Below, in pieces: positions 7,573 through 17,079 of a stretch of DNA of 45,390 nucleotides. Location: positions 1 through 45,390 of the forward strand of contig CAYJWL010000004.1 of assembly GCA_964373855.1 (NCBI GenBank), given 5' to 3'. Source of the stretch: an uncultured Candidatus Saccharibacteria bacterium. GTDB taxonomy: Bacteria; Patescibacteriota; Andersenbacteria; UBA10190. Positions within the stretch are counted from its first letter, which is position 1; every line of letters starts with the position of its first letter. The position numbers and the translations under genes are program-made. Below the pieces are notes generated by a model. The model was not told the DNA's origin, ran no database searches, and was given only the letters and a program-made list of their open reading frames with translations.

Positions 7573-8967
7573 TCACCCGACTGCAACTTTATCTTTGCTG
7601 GGAGCCTCTTCGGCGTCGTGCAAGTGGTCCATTTCGTTATACGTCACATACCGCATGTGGAAGTTAAGCGGGACACGGCCGGTCGGGCCGTTGCGGTGTT
7701 TTTCTATCAAAAGATCAACTTCCGCAACGTCCGGCGCTTCTTCCTCACCCTCAACCGGCAGGCGGTGCAGAAACATGACGACGTCCGCATCCTGTTCGAT
7801 GCTGCCACTTTCTCTCAAATCGGAAAGTTTTGGCCGCTGGCTGGTGCGCATTTCAACCGCTCGCGATAGTTGGGAGAGAGCAATGATAGGCACGTTGAGC
7901 TCGATGGCCAACTTCTTAAGATTGCGGGAGATATCCGACACTTCCTGAACGCGGTTATCTACGTAGCGGCTGGATTCCATTAGTTGCAGGTAATCAATAA
8001 TCAGCAAATCAAGCCCATATTCGGCTTCAAGACGCCGCGCCATCGTACGCATGACCATGACGTTAGCTGAAGGGCGATCATCAATATAAATGGGAGCAGA
8101 TGATAGGTCCTCCATGGCTTTGGCCAGACGGCTGTAATCGTCAAATTCGCCGCCGGACTCCAGACGCCCGGTGCGCAGGCGCCACAAATCAACATGAGCA
8201 TGAGCGGCCAGCAGCCGGTCAACCAACTGATCCTTGGACATTTCCAGGCTGAAAATGCCTACCTTGGCTCCGTTCAGTGCCGCGTGACGGGCGAAATCCA
8301 GCGCCAGCGTCGTTTTTCCGACGCTCGGCCGGGCGGCTAAAATAATCAGATCGGATTTTTGCCAGCCAGCCATGCGGTCGTCCAGTCTGGCAAATCCGGA
8401 TGTGACTCCGCGCAGTACGTGGTCGCCTTTTTGCAACTGATCGATCCGGCTAAACGCTTCTTCCAAGGCGACGGAGAGCTGGATAAATTTTTGGTGCTTG
8501 TGGCTTTGCGACACCGAAAAAAGTTTTTTTTCAGCATCGTCCATGATGACGTCAATGTCCTCCTCCTCATTAAAGCCCATTTCTGTAATGTCCGAAGCGG
8601 CCGAGATAAGACGGCGGCGGGTAGCATTCTTCTGAACGATCCGGGCGTAATGCACGACATTACCGGCAGTGGGTACAAGCGTAGCCAAGCGTGTAACAGC
8701 GGTCTCCTCACCAATTTCGCTCAACTGATTTTTTTCCTTCAAGCGATTGATCACGGATAGGACGTCGATCGGCTCGCCTTGGGCATAAAGATCTATCATT
8801 GCCCGGTATATCTTCTCGTGTTTTCCCTGGTAAAAATCATGAAGGCCAAGCCAGTCAACAATTTTAATAATAGCATTTTTGTCAATGAGCAAACTGCCGA
8901 GGGTGGATTCTTCCGCCTGGAGGTTATGGGGGGGCAGCCGCAACTCTGATGTGGTAGAACGTGGCAT
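7573..8967 (-). CDS. dnaB: Replicative DNA helicase DnaB
   Basis: The product has PPHNLQAEESTLGSLL at the N-terminus, Walker A AARPSVGKTTLAL, and LIIDYLQLM, SRNLKKLAIELNVPIIALSQLSR and IEQDADVVMFLHR. Confidence 0.95.
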   Translation of the reverse strand: MPRSTTSELRLPPHNLQAEESTLGSLLIDKNAIIKIVDWLGLHDFYQGKHEKIYRAMIDLYAQGEPIDVLSVINRLKEKNQLSEIGEETAVTRLATLVPTAGNVVHYARIVQKNATRRRLISAASDITEMGFNEEEDIDVIMDDAEKKLFSVSQSHKHQKFIQLSVALEEAFSRIDQLQKGDHVLRGVTSGFARLDDRMAGWQKSDLIILAARPSVGKTTLALDFARHAALNGAKVGIFSLEMSKDQLVDRLLAAHAHVDLWRLRTGRLESGGEFDDYSRLAKAMEDLSSAPIYIDDRPSANVMVMRTMARRLEAEYGLDLLIIDYLQLMESSRYVDNRVQEVSDISRNLKKLAIELNVPIIALSQLSRAVEMRTSQRPKLSDLRESGSIEQDADVVMFLHRLPVEGEEEAPDVAEVDLLIEKHRNGPTGRVPLNFHMRYVTYNEMDHLHDAEEAPSKDKVAVG

Positions 8968-9224
8968 ACCCAGTAAGAATAACTTCAGGCGGCAACGCCG
9001 CCAAAAAGCGAGCCGGTGGTCTTACATGACAATATGCAAGCTATTGACGGCATTGGTTGCTCCTTAAGAAGAGAGAGTGTTGCCAACCACAAGGCGAGCT
9101 TGGTGAGGTTTTCTTACTGGGCATACGACCTTCGTTAAGTACCTTTCACTATACGCTCCTAAGGCAAAGCCGGCGAGTGGAAAAGGTGTGAATTCTCTCC
9201 GCCCCGGACCCGAGCGGAAGGAAC

Positions 9225-10652
9225 TTAGGCAGCCTTGATGATCCGTGGGCCAGAAGCAGTGTCTTCAATTGTGAACCCCTTCGCCTCCAATTTCAGGCGC
9301 AGGCTGTCAGCAGCTTCAAAATTGCTCTCCCGGCGGGCCTGCTCGCGCTGCTCGGCCAGCTGGCGGATTTCTGGCGGAATAGTCTCATTACGCGCTTCGT
9401 TTTCCAGAGAACCTACCATTCCCATAACTTTATCCATGGAGGCAAGGGTGGGGGCGATTGAGGCCATCGGTTGTGGTGCGGGAGTTTTCGCCAGCAGCTT
9501 GTTCGCATTTTTTACGTATTGCAGGAACACGGCTAGCGCTTTGGGCGTATTGAGATCCGATGCCAGCGCCCGCTTAAACAGTAAGATTGTCTCCTCATCA
9601 ATGACACCAGTATCATCGGTCTGATGCACCAGCAGCTGGCGCAGCAGCTGCTTGACGGCTGCCACGTGCTCCGCGGCGACGGCCAGCGCCTCCCAGGAAA
9701 ATTCCAGCTGGTTGCGGTAGTGGGTGCCGAATACCAGCAGGCGAAAGGCGAAGGGAGAGAATTTGCGCTCACGCAGCGAGTCGAGCGTCAGCTGCCTTCC
9801 CTCGCTCTTGGCCAATTTTGCGCCCTTGAGCTGCAGGTGGCGGTTATGCATCCAATGGCGTACAAACTTCTCGCCGGTGGCGCCTTCCGATTGGGCGATT
9901 TCGTTCTCGTGGTGGGGGAAGATGTTATCCTCACCGCCGGTATGAATATCGATGTCGGACCCAAGATACTCAAGACTCATGGCTGAACATTCAATATGCC
10001 AGCCGGGGTACCCACGGCCCCATGGCGAATCCCACTGCTGCAAGTGCTTGGGGTCATCAGTTTTCCAGAGCGCAAAATCAGCCGGATGTTTCTTTTCACC
10101 GCGTACTTCTATCCGCTTACCCGCAATAATATCCTCGAGCTTATTGCCGGACAGGCGGCCATATTGAGGGAACGATTGAACGTCGAAGTAGACGCCGCTG
10201 GCTGTCTGATAGGCATGCCTGCGTTCAAGTAATTTCTGGATCAGCTCCTGCATCTGCGCAATATGCCGGCTGGCCCGCGGGTACGTATGAGCTGGCTTAA
10301 TATTAAGCGCAGCTCGGTCGGCAAAGAAAAGTTTCGTTTGTTCAGCCGCTATTTCCTGCGGGGTTTTCTTCCGGCGGGCTGCTTCTTTTTCCAGCTTATC
10401 CTCACCCGCATCAATGTCAGCCTGCGTCAGATGACCGACATCGGTGATATTCGTTATGTCCCGCACTTCATACCCCAGGTACTCCAGGCTGCGGCGGAGG
10501 AAATCAGAAAAGAGAAAGCGCCTCATATTTCCGAGGTGCTGGCGTTTGTAGACAGTCGGACCGCAGTTATAGATACGGACTTTGCCTTTGTCTTTTGGCA
10601 AGAAATCGGCAATTTTCTTAGTCAGCGAGTTGTAGAAGCGCACTTGATCCAC
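9225..10652 (-). CDS. cysS: Cysteine--tRNA ligase
   Basis: The product has FYNSLTKK..IYNCGPTVYKRQHLGN (HIGH-like), WHIECSAM and KLAKSEG (KMSKS-like). I moved the start from the track value 10835 to GTG 10652. The longer ORF would overlap the upstream gene. TTGTGG-N18-TACAAT sits 6 nt upstream of this GTG, and the N-terminus then aligns with other CysS proteins. Confidence 0.88.
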   Translation of the reverse strand: MDQVRFYNSLTKKIADFLPKDKGKVRIYNCGPTVYKRQHLGNMRRFLFSDFLRRSLEYLGYEVRDITNITDVGHLTQADIDAGEDKLEKEAARRKKTPQEIAAEQTKLFFADRAALNIKPAHTYPRASRHIAQMQELIQKLLERRHAYQTASGVYFDVQSFPQYGRLSGNKLEDIIAGKRIEVRGEKKHPADFALWKTDDPKHLQQWDSPWGRGYPGWHIECSAMSLEYLGSDIDIHTGGEDNIFPHHENEIAQSEGATGEKFVRHWMHNRHLQLKGAKLAKSEGRQLTLDSLRERKFSPFAFRLLVFGTHYRNQLEFSWEALAVAAEHVAAVKQLLRQLLVHQTDDTGVIDEETILLFKRALASDLNTPKALAVFLQYVKNANKLLAKTPAPQPMASIAPTLASMDKVMGMVGSLENEARNETIPPEIRQLAEQREQARRESNFEAADSLRLKLEAKGFTIEDTASGPRIIKAA

Positions 10653-10693
10653 GTGTCCATTGTAGGAGCTAAATCGAGCCGGCCACAACTTTA

Positions 10694-11599
10694 TTAAATA
10701 GCTTTGCGCCGCTTTGCTTTCAGGAAGATGAAGAGAAGCACGATTATCAGGACGCCCAGAACAGTCCAAAACACAATCTGGTCTGTGGCGGAAGCAACGC
10801 CGTCGCCCGGAGTATAGGGCGTGACGAAAATCCAAACAGGAATAGCGATAATGGAATAGATAGTGAGCATCCGCAGCAACTCGTTCTCCTTGTACTGCAG
10901 TAAAGAATTGTTAGTGTTCTGCAAAACTCTCGTGCTTTCATTCAGGCTCGCGAGTATTTCCCATAACTGATCATATTGGCTGGCGACTCGTTGCCATTGC
11001 GTCTTCATGTCCTCATCGCCGGCTACATCTTCGGGGACAGTTTGAAATAAGGCAACTTGCGGACGGATTACTTTGCGGAAATCAAGCACATCACGCGTTA
11101 AAACAGCGATTTCCTCCACCATCTTGCGTTCATTACCGTGAAAAACAGCGTCCTCGCCAATCTCAATGTGCTTCGTCAGGCGGCGTACTTTGTTGAAAGA
11201 AGCTTCGTTCAGCACGCTTATCACATAAAGCGCTAAACTTAGCGGGCTGTTGCTGAAATATTCTTCCTGCTTTTCCGGGTGATCGGTAAAATCCAGAATG
11301 ATTTTTTTCAGGGAGACAATTGGCTGGTAATGCAGCGTATATATGCGTTCGGGATGGACGAGGAGGTACAGAGGCACACCGCTGGTCACACGCAATGTTT
11401 TGTCATAGACCGGTACCTGCAAAAGAAACAGCCGGTAATTCGGACGCGTGGCAATTTCTGGCCGCTGATGATCACGCACAAGGAACTCGGCATCAACCGG
11501 CGCCAGATCAACTTCTCGGACAAACGCAGCCAACTCCTCGTTGCTTGGTTCCTCGATGTTTATCCAGGTGATGTCTTTTGAGGATTGCTCCAGGCGCAT
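10694..11599 (-). CDS. CorA-like divalent-cation transporter family protein lacking the canonical GMN motif
   Basis: The N-terminal CorA-like cytoplasmic domain reads ITWINIEEPSNEELAAFV...DHQRPEI. Two C-terminal TM helices are present, but YGMNF is replaced by TPYTPGDG. The start is set to ATG 11599 (MRLEQSS), which is preceded by TGGTATAAT. Confidence 0.65.
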   Translation of the reverse strand: MRLEQSSKDITWINIEEPSNEELAAFVREVDLAPVDAEFLVRDHQRPEIATRPNYRLFLLQVPVYDKTLRVTSGVPLYLLVHPERIYTLHYQPIVSLKKIILDFTDHPEKQEEYFSNSPLSLALYVISVLNEASFNKVRRLTKHIEIGEDAVFHGNERKMVEEIAVLTRDVLDFRKVIRPQVALFQTVPEDVAGDEDMKTQWQRVASQYDQLWEILASLNESTRVLQNTNNSLLQYKENELLRMLTIYSIIAIPVWIFVTPYTPGDGVASATDQIVFWTVLGVLIIVLLFIFLKAKRRKAI

Positions 11600-11613
11600 G
11601 CTACTATTATACC
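11600..11613. promoter_or_regulatory. 14-bp divergent spacer carrying two overlapping -10 boxes
   Basis: The spacer reads CTACTATTATACC. TACTAT (11602-11607, + strand) lies 6 nt before ATG 11614. TATAAT (11611..11606, - strand, extended TGG) lies 6 nt before ATG 11599. Confidence 0.5.
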
Positions 11614-12774
11614 ATGAACAGACGGTTAGCTGTGTTTGCGCCGGTGGCGGCGCTGGCGTTACTTCAGTTGAGCGGCTGCGAACGGGCCGTCCCACCCCCG
11701 CCGCCCGGCGGTGTCTATCGATCTCATACTGCCGGTGCCAGCTTCGAGCAGTCCGTTGACATCGCGGGAAAAACCGGCGAGTATGTCGCGTTGTTTTCCC
11801 TGTTTGATATCTTTCGTTCGCCGGAACAGCCAGATCGAATTTATATTGCCGCGGGAGGACGGGGCATAGTGGCATCAGATAACGATGGGGTGAGCTGGCA
11901 GATTATTCCAACCCCCTTGGCTAATACCTACGATGTCACCGTCTTAGGCAGCGGTATACTAGTTGCCTCGGGCAGTGATGGAGCCGGGCAAGGATTTGTC
12001 ATTCGCAGTTTGGATGAGGGCAAGAGCTGGCAAACGGTCTTAACCGTGCCCGTGCCCGTTGATGAATCGGGTTTTAAAATTATTGGCGGCGCCCCAACCG
12101 TTCCGTCGGTGGTGCTGTCGCTGGAGCGGGATCCTTTTAACAGCGAACGGGTGTGGGCGGGGAGCAGTTTAGGCACCTTGTTTGCCGGAGAGCAATCGGC
12201 TAAAGTTTGGCGGAATTTTCAGACATTGAAGCCGGATGCCTTCAATCCGCAGTTGCAACCAACCAACGTGACGATTAAGAAAATAGTGGTCTCTCCTCAC
12301 CGCCCTAACGAGATGCTTGTTATAACGCGACCAGGACAGATGATCCTGGTGAATGGCGATGACCAAAAGAAAATAAAAGTGCCGCAGTATCTCAATACAC
12401 CCCCGCCGGTCGGGACAAGTTCCGGTAATAAAAAGATACAAGACGCAGTCTTTATTCCTGGGTTTCCAGACGCCTTGCTGGTTGGCGTTGAAGACGGCGC
12501 TGTTGTGACGCGTGATGGTGGCCAGACCTGGGTGGCGCTGCCTGTTCCGATCGAGCCGAACCAGAAATTCAATTCAATTGTCGTAGCCGTTAGTCCGACC
12601 AACACAAACCGCCTGCTGGTAGCAGTCAATGATGTTATCTATCGCTCGGAGGACGGCGGCAATACTTGGAATACGTTCGCCCTCGGCTTGCCTGCCCATC
12701 TGGTCACTGGCTTATCCATTAATCCGGATAATGCAGCTAGAGTCCTGATTGTGACATCAACCAATCAATCGTAA
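11614..12774 (+). CDS. BNR/Asp-box repeat beta-propeller lipoprotein (Ycf48/sialidase-like fold)
   Basis: A lipobox signal MNRRLAVFAPVAALALLQLSGC is followed by Asp-box repeats SDNDGVSW, SLDEGKSW, TRDGGQTW and SEDGGNTW. I moved the start from 11578 to ATG 11614. Confidence 0.7.
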   Translation: MNRRLAVFAPVAALALLQLSGCERAVPPPPPGGVYRSHTAGASFEQSVDIAGKTGEYVALFSLFDIFRSPEQPDRIYIAAGGRGIVASDNDGVSWQIIPTPLANTYDVTVLGSGILVASGSDGAGQGFVIRSLDEGKSWQTVLTVPVPVDESGFKIIGGAPTVPSVVLSLERDPFNSERVWAGSSLGTLFAGEQSAKVWRNFQTLKPDAFNPQLQPTNVTIKKIVVSPHRPNEMLVITRPGQMILVNGDDQKKIKVPQYLNTPPPVGTSSGNKKIQDAVFIPGFPDALLVGVEDGAVVTRDGGQTWVALPVPIEPNQKFNSIVVAVSPTNTNRLLVAVNDVIYRSEDGGNTWNTFALGLPAHLVTGLSINPDNAARVLIVTSTNQS

Positions 12775-12880
12775 TGTTGAGCTTGGCGCAAAACACTAAA
12801 GATCCCTGGCAGGTGGAGCATTTTAATCCGGGGTTGACCCATTCGACTTAAGCTCATGGTCAGGCTGAACTTGTTGAAGC

Positions 12881-12908
12881 TTGACACAGACGGTAAAATT
12901 AATAATAT
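12881..12908 (+). promoter_or_regulatory. Promoter of the hrcA-grpE-dnaK operon (TTGACA-N16-TAATAT)
   Basis: The -35 TTGACA is at 12881-12886 and the -10 TAATAT at 12903-12908, immediately upstream of the CIRCE element. Confidence 0.6.
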
Positions 12909-12913
12909 TGCTA

Positions 12914-12940
12914 TTAGCACTCTTAGTGTCGGAGTGCTAA
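12914..12940 (+). promoter_or_regulatory. CIRCE operator (HrcA binding site)
   Basis: TTAGCACTC-ttagtgtcg-GAGTGCTAA is a perfect match to the CIRCE consensus TTAGCACTC-N9-GAGTGCTAA. It lies 29 nt upstream of hrcA. Confidence 0.92.
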
Positions 12941-12968
12941 TTAGTAACTCTCTATTTTAGCGCTATCC

Positions 12969-13682
12969 ATGAACAGCCGTCACCAGGATATATTATTTCA
13001 TCTGGTTGATGATTACATCAGAACCGCCCGTCCCGTCGGCAGCACGCATCTGGTTGCCCGGATGAGGTTAGATGCCAGCTCCGCGACGATGCGAAACATT
13101 CTCCGTGAGCTGGACGAGCAGCACTATGTCTACCAGCCCCATCCCTCTGCCGGTAGAATTCCGACCGACTTGGGCTACCGTTTTTATGTAAATAGACTGG
13201 GGGTGCGTCGGCCCACGCGAATTGAGGTCCGCCGGTTACGCGGCTTGTTCAGTGATTATCAGGAGACGTTCGCCAGTCCAGCCCGGGCGGTTGCAAAACT
13301 GCTGGCTGCCATGGCGCATTCAGTGGCGATTAGCACGTGGCTCTCCTTGCGGGATATCCATGAAGCTGGTTTGGCTTCGTTATTTGACCAGGCAGAACAC
13401 GCCGAGGAAACGGCCAAAGAAGTTTCCGACCTGCTGGACCACGCTGATCAATATGTGGCACAATATGCCACCGAAGCGGCAGACGATATTCAAGTGTATA
13501 TTGGACAGGAAAATACCGCCTTTCCGGCGCGGCATACCAGCGTGATTGTGCGCCGGGTGGCGAGGCCAGATGGTGTCAATATTGTCCTGGTTCTGGCCGG
13601 TCCCAAACGGATGGCGTATCGGCGAAACCTAGCAGTGGTAAACGGAGTGGCTTCAGTTATTGAGCGCGGCAACATCATATGA
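12969..13682 (+). CDS. hrcA: Heat-inducible transcription repressor HrcA (short form, 237 aa)
   Basis: The product has ILFHLVDDYIRTARPVGSTHL and ASSATMRNILRELDEQHYVYQPHPSAGRIPTDLGYRFYV. The CIRCE operator lies upstream. Confidence 0.9.
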   Translation: MNSRHQDILFHLVDDYIRTARPVGSTHLVARMRLDASSATMRNILRELDEQHYVYQPHPSAGRIPTDLGYRFYVNRLGVRRPTRIEVRRLRGLFSDYQETFASPARAVAKLLAAMAHSVAISTWLSLRDIHEAGLASLFDQAEHAEETAKEVSDLLDHADQYVAQYATEAADDIQVYIGQENTAFPARHTSVIVRRVARPDGVNIVLVLAGPKRMAYRRNLAVVNGVASVIERGNII

Positions 13683-14140
13683 TTAATTCACAAGCACTAC
13701 ACTCGGCCCCTTCCGCCAAAGAACTGGAATATTTAGATGGCTGGAGGCGAGCGCTCGCGGACCTTGATAATTACCGCAAGCGCATCGCCGCCGGGCAGGA
13801 GCATGAGAAGGAAAGAATTAAGCGGGAGGTGGTAGCCCAATTCCTGCCGTTAGCCGATAATTTCCAGGCGCTTGTCAGGCATGTGCCCGCCAGCGGTAGC
13901 TACCATGAATGGGTAGAAGGGGTGCTGCACATCGCCCGCCAATTGGAGCAGCTGATTGAGAGTTTAGGAATTGAAACTATCAATCCGAAGGGAATGCCGT
14001 TTGACCCGATGGTGCATGAGGCGGTAGCAGGGGTGCAGCCGGATGGCCAGCAGCGGGGAGTAATCACTGAAGTCACACAGCTCGGGTATCGGATCGGCGA
14101 TACGGTAATACGGCCCGCCCGAGTGAAAGTGGCGTCGTAA
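13679..14140 (+). CDS. grpE: Nucleotide exchange factor GrpE
   Basis: The product has WRRALADLDNYRKR and FDPMVHEAV..VTEVTQLGYRIGDTVIRPARVKV. The gene overlaps hrcA by 4 nt. Confidence 0.9.
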   Translation: MINSQALHSAPSAKELEYLDGWRRALADLDNYRKRIAAGQEHEKERIKREVVAQFLPLADNFQALVRHVPASGSYHEWVEGVLHIARQLEQLIESLGIETINPKGMPFDPMVHEAVAGVQPDGQQRGVITEVTQLGYRIGDTVIRPARVKVAS

Positions 14141-14180
14141 ATCAGCCAAACAAATTAATTGTTAATGATTTCAACATCGT

Positions 14181-16076
14181 ATGAATAGAATAGTCGGTAT
14201 TGATCTGGGCACAACTAACTCGGCCATAGCGTATGTCGAGGGCGGCCAGCCCACCATTATTGAAAACAGCGAAGGAAACCGCACCACCCCTTCAGTTGTT
14301 GCCTTAAGTAAAAACAATGAACGCTTAGTAGGTGTTATTGCCAAGCGCCAGGCAGTAGTTAATGCCGAGCGAACGATCTTTTCTGCCAAACGCCTGATTG
14401 GCCGGAAATGGAGCGATGCCAGCGTGCAGAAAGACAAAGAGCTGTTGCCGTATGAGCTGCAGGAAGGAGCAGACGGCGGTGTGGAAATTAAATTCGGCGA
14501 CGAGTGGCTGAAGCCGGCAGAAATATCAGCCATCGTGCTGCAAAAACTCAAGGTGGACGCAGAACGCAAGCTGGGTATCACCATCACCGACGCCGTTATC
14601 ACGGTTCCGGCATATTTTGATGACTCGCAGCGTAAAGCCACCAAAGACGCCGGCACCATTGCCGGGCTGAATGTCAGGCGGATTATTAATGAGCCCACCG
14701 CGGCAGCTTTGGCCTATGGTCTCGATAAGAAAAAGGACGAGAAAATTGTCGTCTTTGACTTAGGCGGGGGCACATTCGATGTCTCCATTCTGGAAGTGGG
14801 AGCAGACACCATTGAAGTCAAAGGCACCTTTGGCGACACACACCTCGGCGGTGATGATTTTGATCAGCGGATCATAGATTGGATGGTCAGTGAATTCAAA
14901 TCGCAGTCCGGAATTGATGTATCTAAGGACCACATGGCCTTACAGCGCCTCAAGGAAGCGGCCGAGCGCGCCAAGCACGAGTTATCCAGTTCGAACACTG
15001 CAGAAATTAACCAACCGTTTATTACAACCGGGCCGGATGGACCAAAACACCTGGTGCTATCATTATCACGGGCCAAGCTTGAAGACCTGGTGGCTGATCT
15101 GATTGAGCGGACGGTTCAAGTGACAAAGGAAGCGTTGGCGCAGGCCACCATGGCGGTATCGGACATTGATGAAATCGTACTGGTAGGGGGACAAACCAGA
15201 ATGCCAAGAATTGTTGAGGTGGTCAGCCAGTTGTTCGGCAAGCAGCCTCACCAGGGAATCAACCCCGATGAAGTCGTCGCGGCCGGCGCGGCTATTCAGG
15301 GAGGAATTCTCGGCGGCGAAGTCAAAGACGTGCTGTTGCTTGACGTGACGCCATTAACCCTCGGTATCGAGACCTTAGGGGGAGTGCGCACCCCGCTGAT
15401 CGAAAAAAACACGACAATTCCAACAAAGAAAGCGCAAACCTTTTCCACCGCTGCTGATAATCAGCCGCAGGTCGAAGTGCATGTTCTGCAGGGAGAGAGG
15501 GAAATGGCGGCCGACAATAAATCACTGGGGCGGTTCATTCTGGATGGCATTCCGCCCTCGCCCCGCGGCGTCCCGCAAATTGAAGTCATGTTCGATATTG
15601 ATGCCAATGGCATTCTCAATGTTTCAGCGAAGGACAAAGGCACCAGCAAAGTGCAAAGTATCCGCATCGAAGGGTCGTCCGGGCTTTCGGCCGAGGATGT
15701 AGAGCGGATGAAACAGGATGCCAGTAAACATGCGGCAGCCGATAAAGTGAAGAAAGAAGCCGTCGAGGTTAAAAATCAGGCAGAGCAGCTGGTGTACATG
15801 GCGGAAAAAACACTGAAAGAAAATAGTAGTAAGCTTCAGGCCGAGGTGAAAAAAAGTGTTGAAGAAAAATTGGCGGCGCTGAAAAAGTTGCAGGCCGGAA
15901 GCGACGTTTCCGCGATCAAGCAAGCGACCGAGGCGTTGGCCAGCGCCATCCAGAAAGTCGGCCAGCAGGTATACCAGGCTGCGCAGCCATCTGGGCCGCC
16001 CGGACAAAGGAAAACGGCCGCGGCCGGCGCGCCAGAAGATATAGTCGAAGGCAAGGCTAAAAAGGAAGGCAAGTAA
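14181..16076 (+). CDS. dnaK: Molecular chaperone DnaK (Hsp70)
   Basis: The product has [19 protein letters not shown] and [12 protein letters not shown], and is a full-length Hsp70. Confidence 0.97.
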   Translation: MNRIVGIDLGTTNSAIAYVEGGQPTIIENSEGNRTTPSVVALSKNNERLVGVIAKRQAVVNAERTIFSAKRLIGRKWSDASVQKDKELLPYELQEGADGGVEIKFGDEWLKPAEISAIVLQKLKVDAERKLGITITDAVITVPAYFDDSQRKATKDAGTIAGLNVRRIINEPTAAALAYGLDKKKDEKIVVFDLGGGTFDVSILEVGADTIEVKGTFGDTHLGGDDFDQRIIDWMVSEFKSQSGIDVSKDHMALQRLKEAAERAKHELSSSNTAEINQPFITTGPDGPKHLVLSLSRAKLEDLVADLIERTVQVTKEALAQATMAVSDIDEIVLVGGQTRMPRIVEVVSQLFGKQPHQGINPDEVVAAGAAIQGGILGGEVKDVLLLDVTPLTLGIETLGGVRTPLIEKNTTIPTKKAQTFSTAADNQPQVEVHVLQGEREMAADNKSLGRFILDGIPPSPRGVPQIEVMFDIDANGILNVSAKDKGTSKVQSIRIEGSSGLSAEDVERMKQDASKHAAADKVKKEAVEVKNQAEQLVYMAEKTLKENSSKLQAEVKKSVEEKLAALKKLQAGSDVSAIKQATEALASAIQKVGQQVYQAAQPSGPPGQRKTAAAGAPEDIVEGKAKKEGK

Positions 16077-16118
16077 GTTTTGTTATACTGCCTTAATGGG
16101 TGAAGTATTGTTACCGGG

Positions 16119-17051
16119 ATGACGCTGCAGCGAAAAAAGGAGATTGGCATTGTAAGCTTTGTTGGTTTATACACCGTGCTGTTTTTTCTGCTGGTTGCTG
16201 TGCTGATCAATGATCACCAGCAATGGGTATCTTTGACTGGAATGCTTGTTGGTCTGGCCGGGCTCGGCTGGGTGGCGCTGATGGGAACAGCGATGGCCTT
16301 TCTTTTCCAGCGTCCGAATATCAATATTGTATTGATAGCAATACCGTGCGTGGCGGTAATCTTCATCGGTTTGTTCTCTCTGGAATCGTTGATCGGGGCG
16401 GCTTTATTAGCTGTATTTTTGTTGGTTGCCAAGCGGGCGCTGACCCGTGACATAGAGAGTCGCGTTCAATTTCGCGTCAACTCTGTCTTTTACTGGCCAA
16501 CAAAAATTATAATCGTGGGGCTGATTGTATCTGTGATAACGCTAACTCTGCCTGAATTACGGGCGCGCCTGACAGCTGGCGAGCTGTCGCTGCCGCTTAA
16601 GACCGTCGAGGCTGTCATTGAGCCTGTAACGCCACTGATCAGTCGCTTGATTCCAGATTATCACGCGGCGGCTACTGTCGACGATATTATTAACGCCCAG
16701 CTGGCGCGGCAGTCGGGCAGTGTAGCCCCGCCGCCGAACTTGTCTCAAGAACAGCGCGAGGTGTTGCGCGCGCAACTCGCGCAGCAACTAGGTGTAGAGC
16801 TTTCGGGGAACGAAACCTTAGCCAGGCTGCTGGCCGTGCAGGCTAATCAGTATGTGCAGCAACTGGCGAATCAGCCAGGTCTGGTTGTTCTGGCTCTCCT
16901 CGTCGCCGCGTTTCTTGCGCTGCGGGCCATCGTGCCACCTCTGGCTTGGCTGGTATTGAGCATCGCCGCCCTGCTAGTGTATGTATCCGAGCGAGTCGGT
17001 TTAATTTCTCTGTTAAAAACTCAAGTTACGGTTGAGCGCTTATCTCTTTAG
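16119..17051 (+). CDS. Polytopic membrane protein of unknown function inserted between dnaK and dnaJ
   Basis: The 310-aa product has about 6 predicted TM helices and no motif I recognise. TATTGT (16106-16111) lies 7 nt upstream of the ATG. Confidence 0.6.
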   Translation: MTLQRKKEIGIVSFVGLYTVLFFLLVAVLINDHQQWVSLTGMLVGLAGLGWVALMGTAMAFLFQRPNINIVLIAIPCVAVIFIGLFSLESLIGAALLAVFLLVAKRALTRDIESRVQFRVNSVFYWPTKIIIVGLIVSVITLTLPELRARLTAGELSLPLKTVEAVIEPVTPLISRLIPDYHAAATVDDIINAQLARQSGSVAPPPNLSQEQREVLRAQLAQQLGVELSGNETLARLLAVQANQYVQQLANQPGLVVLALLVAAFLALRAIVPPLAWLVLSIAALLVYVSERVGLISLLKTQVTVERLSL

Positions 17052-17079
17052 ATAAGGCGCTGGGCAGTAGGGGAATAGT

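Noticed and set aside
9120-9133. A 14-mer GGCATACGACCTTC shared with 20677-20690, taken as evidence for a dispersed repeat family.
   Set aside because: My rough estimate gives several exact 14-mer coincidences by chance in a 45-kb window, and the flanks do not align. I treat it as chance.
14171-16210. Long antisense and out-of-frame ORFs inside dnaK, with similar sets inside nrdA, cysS, aspS, pyrG, priA and gltX.
   Set aside because: They overlap strongly supported genes, have biased low-complexity translations (Ser/Arg/Pro/Ala-rich) and carry no start signals. They look like shadow ORFs of coding sequence.
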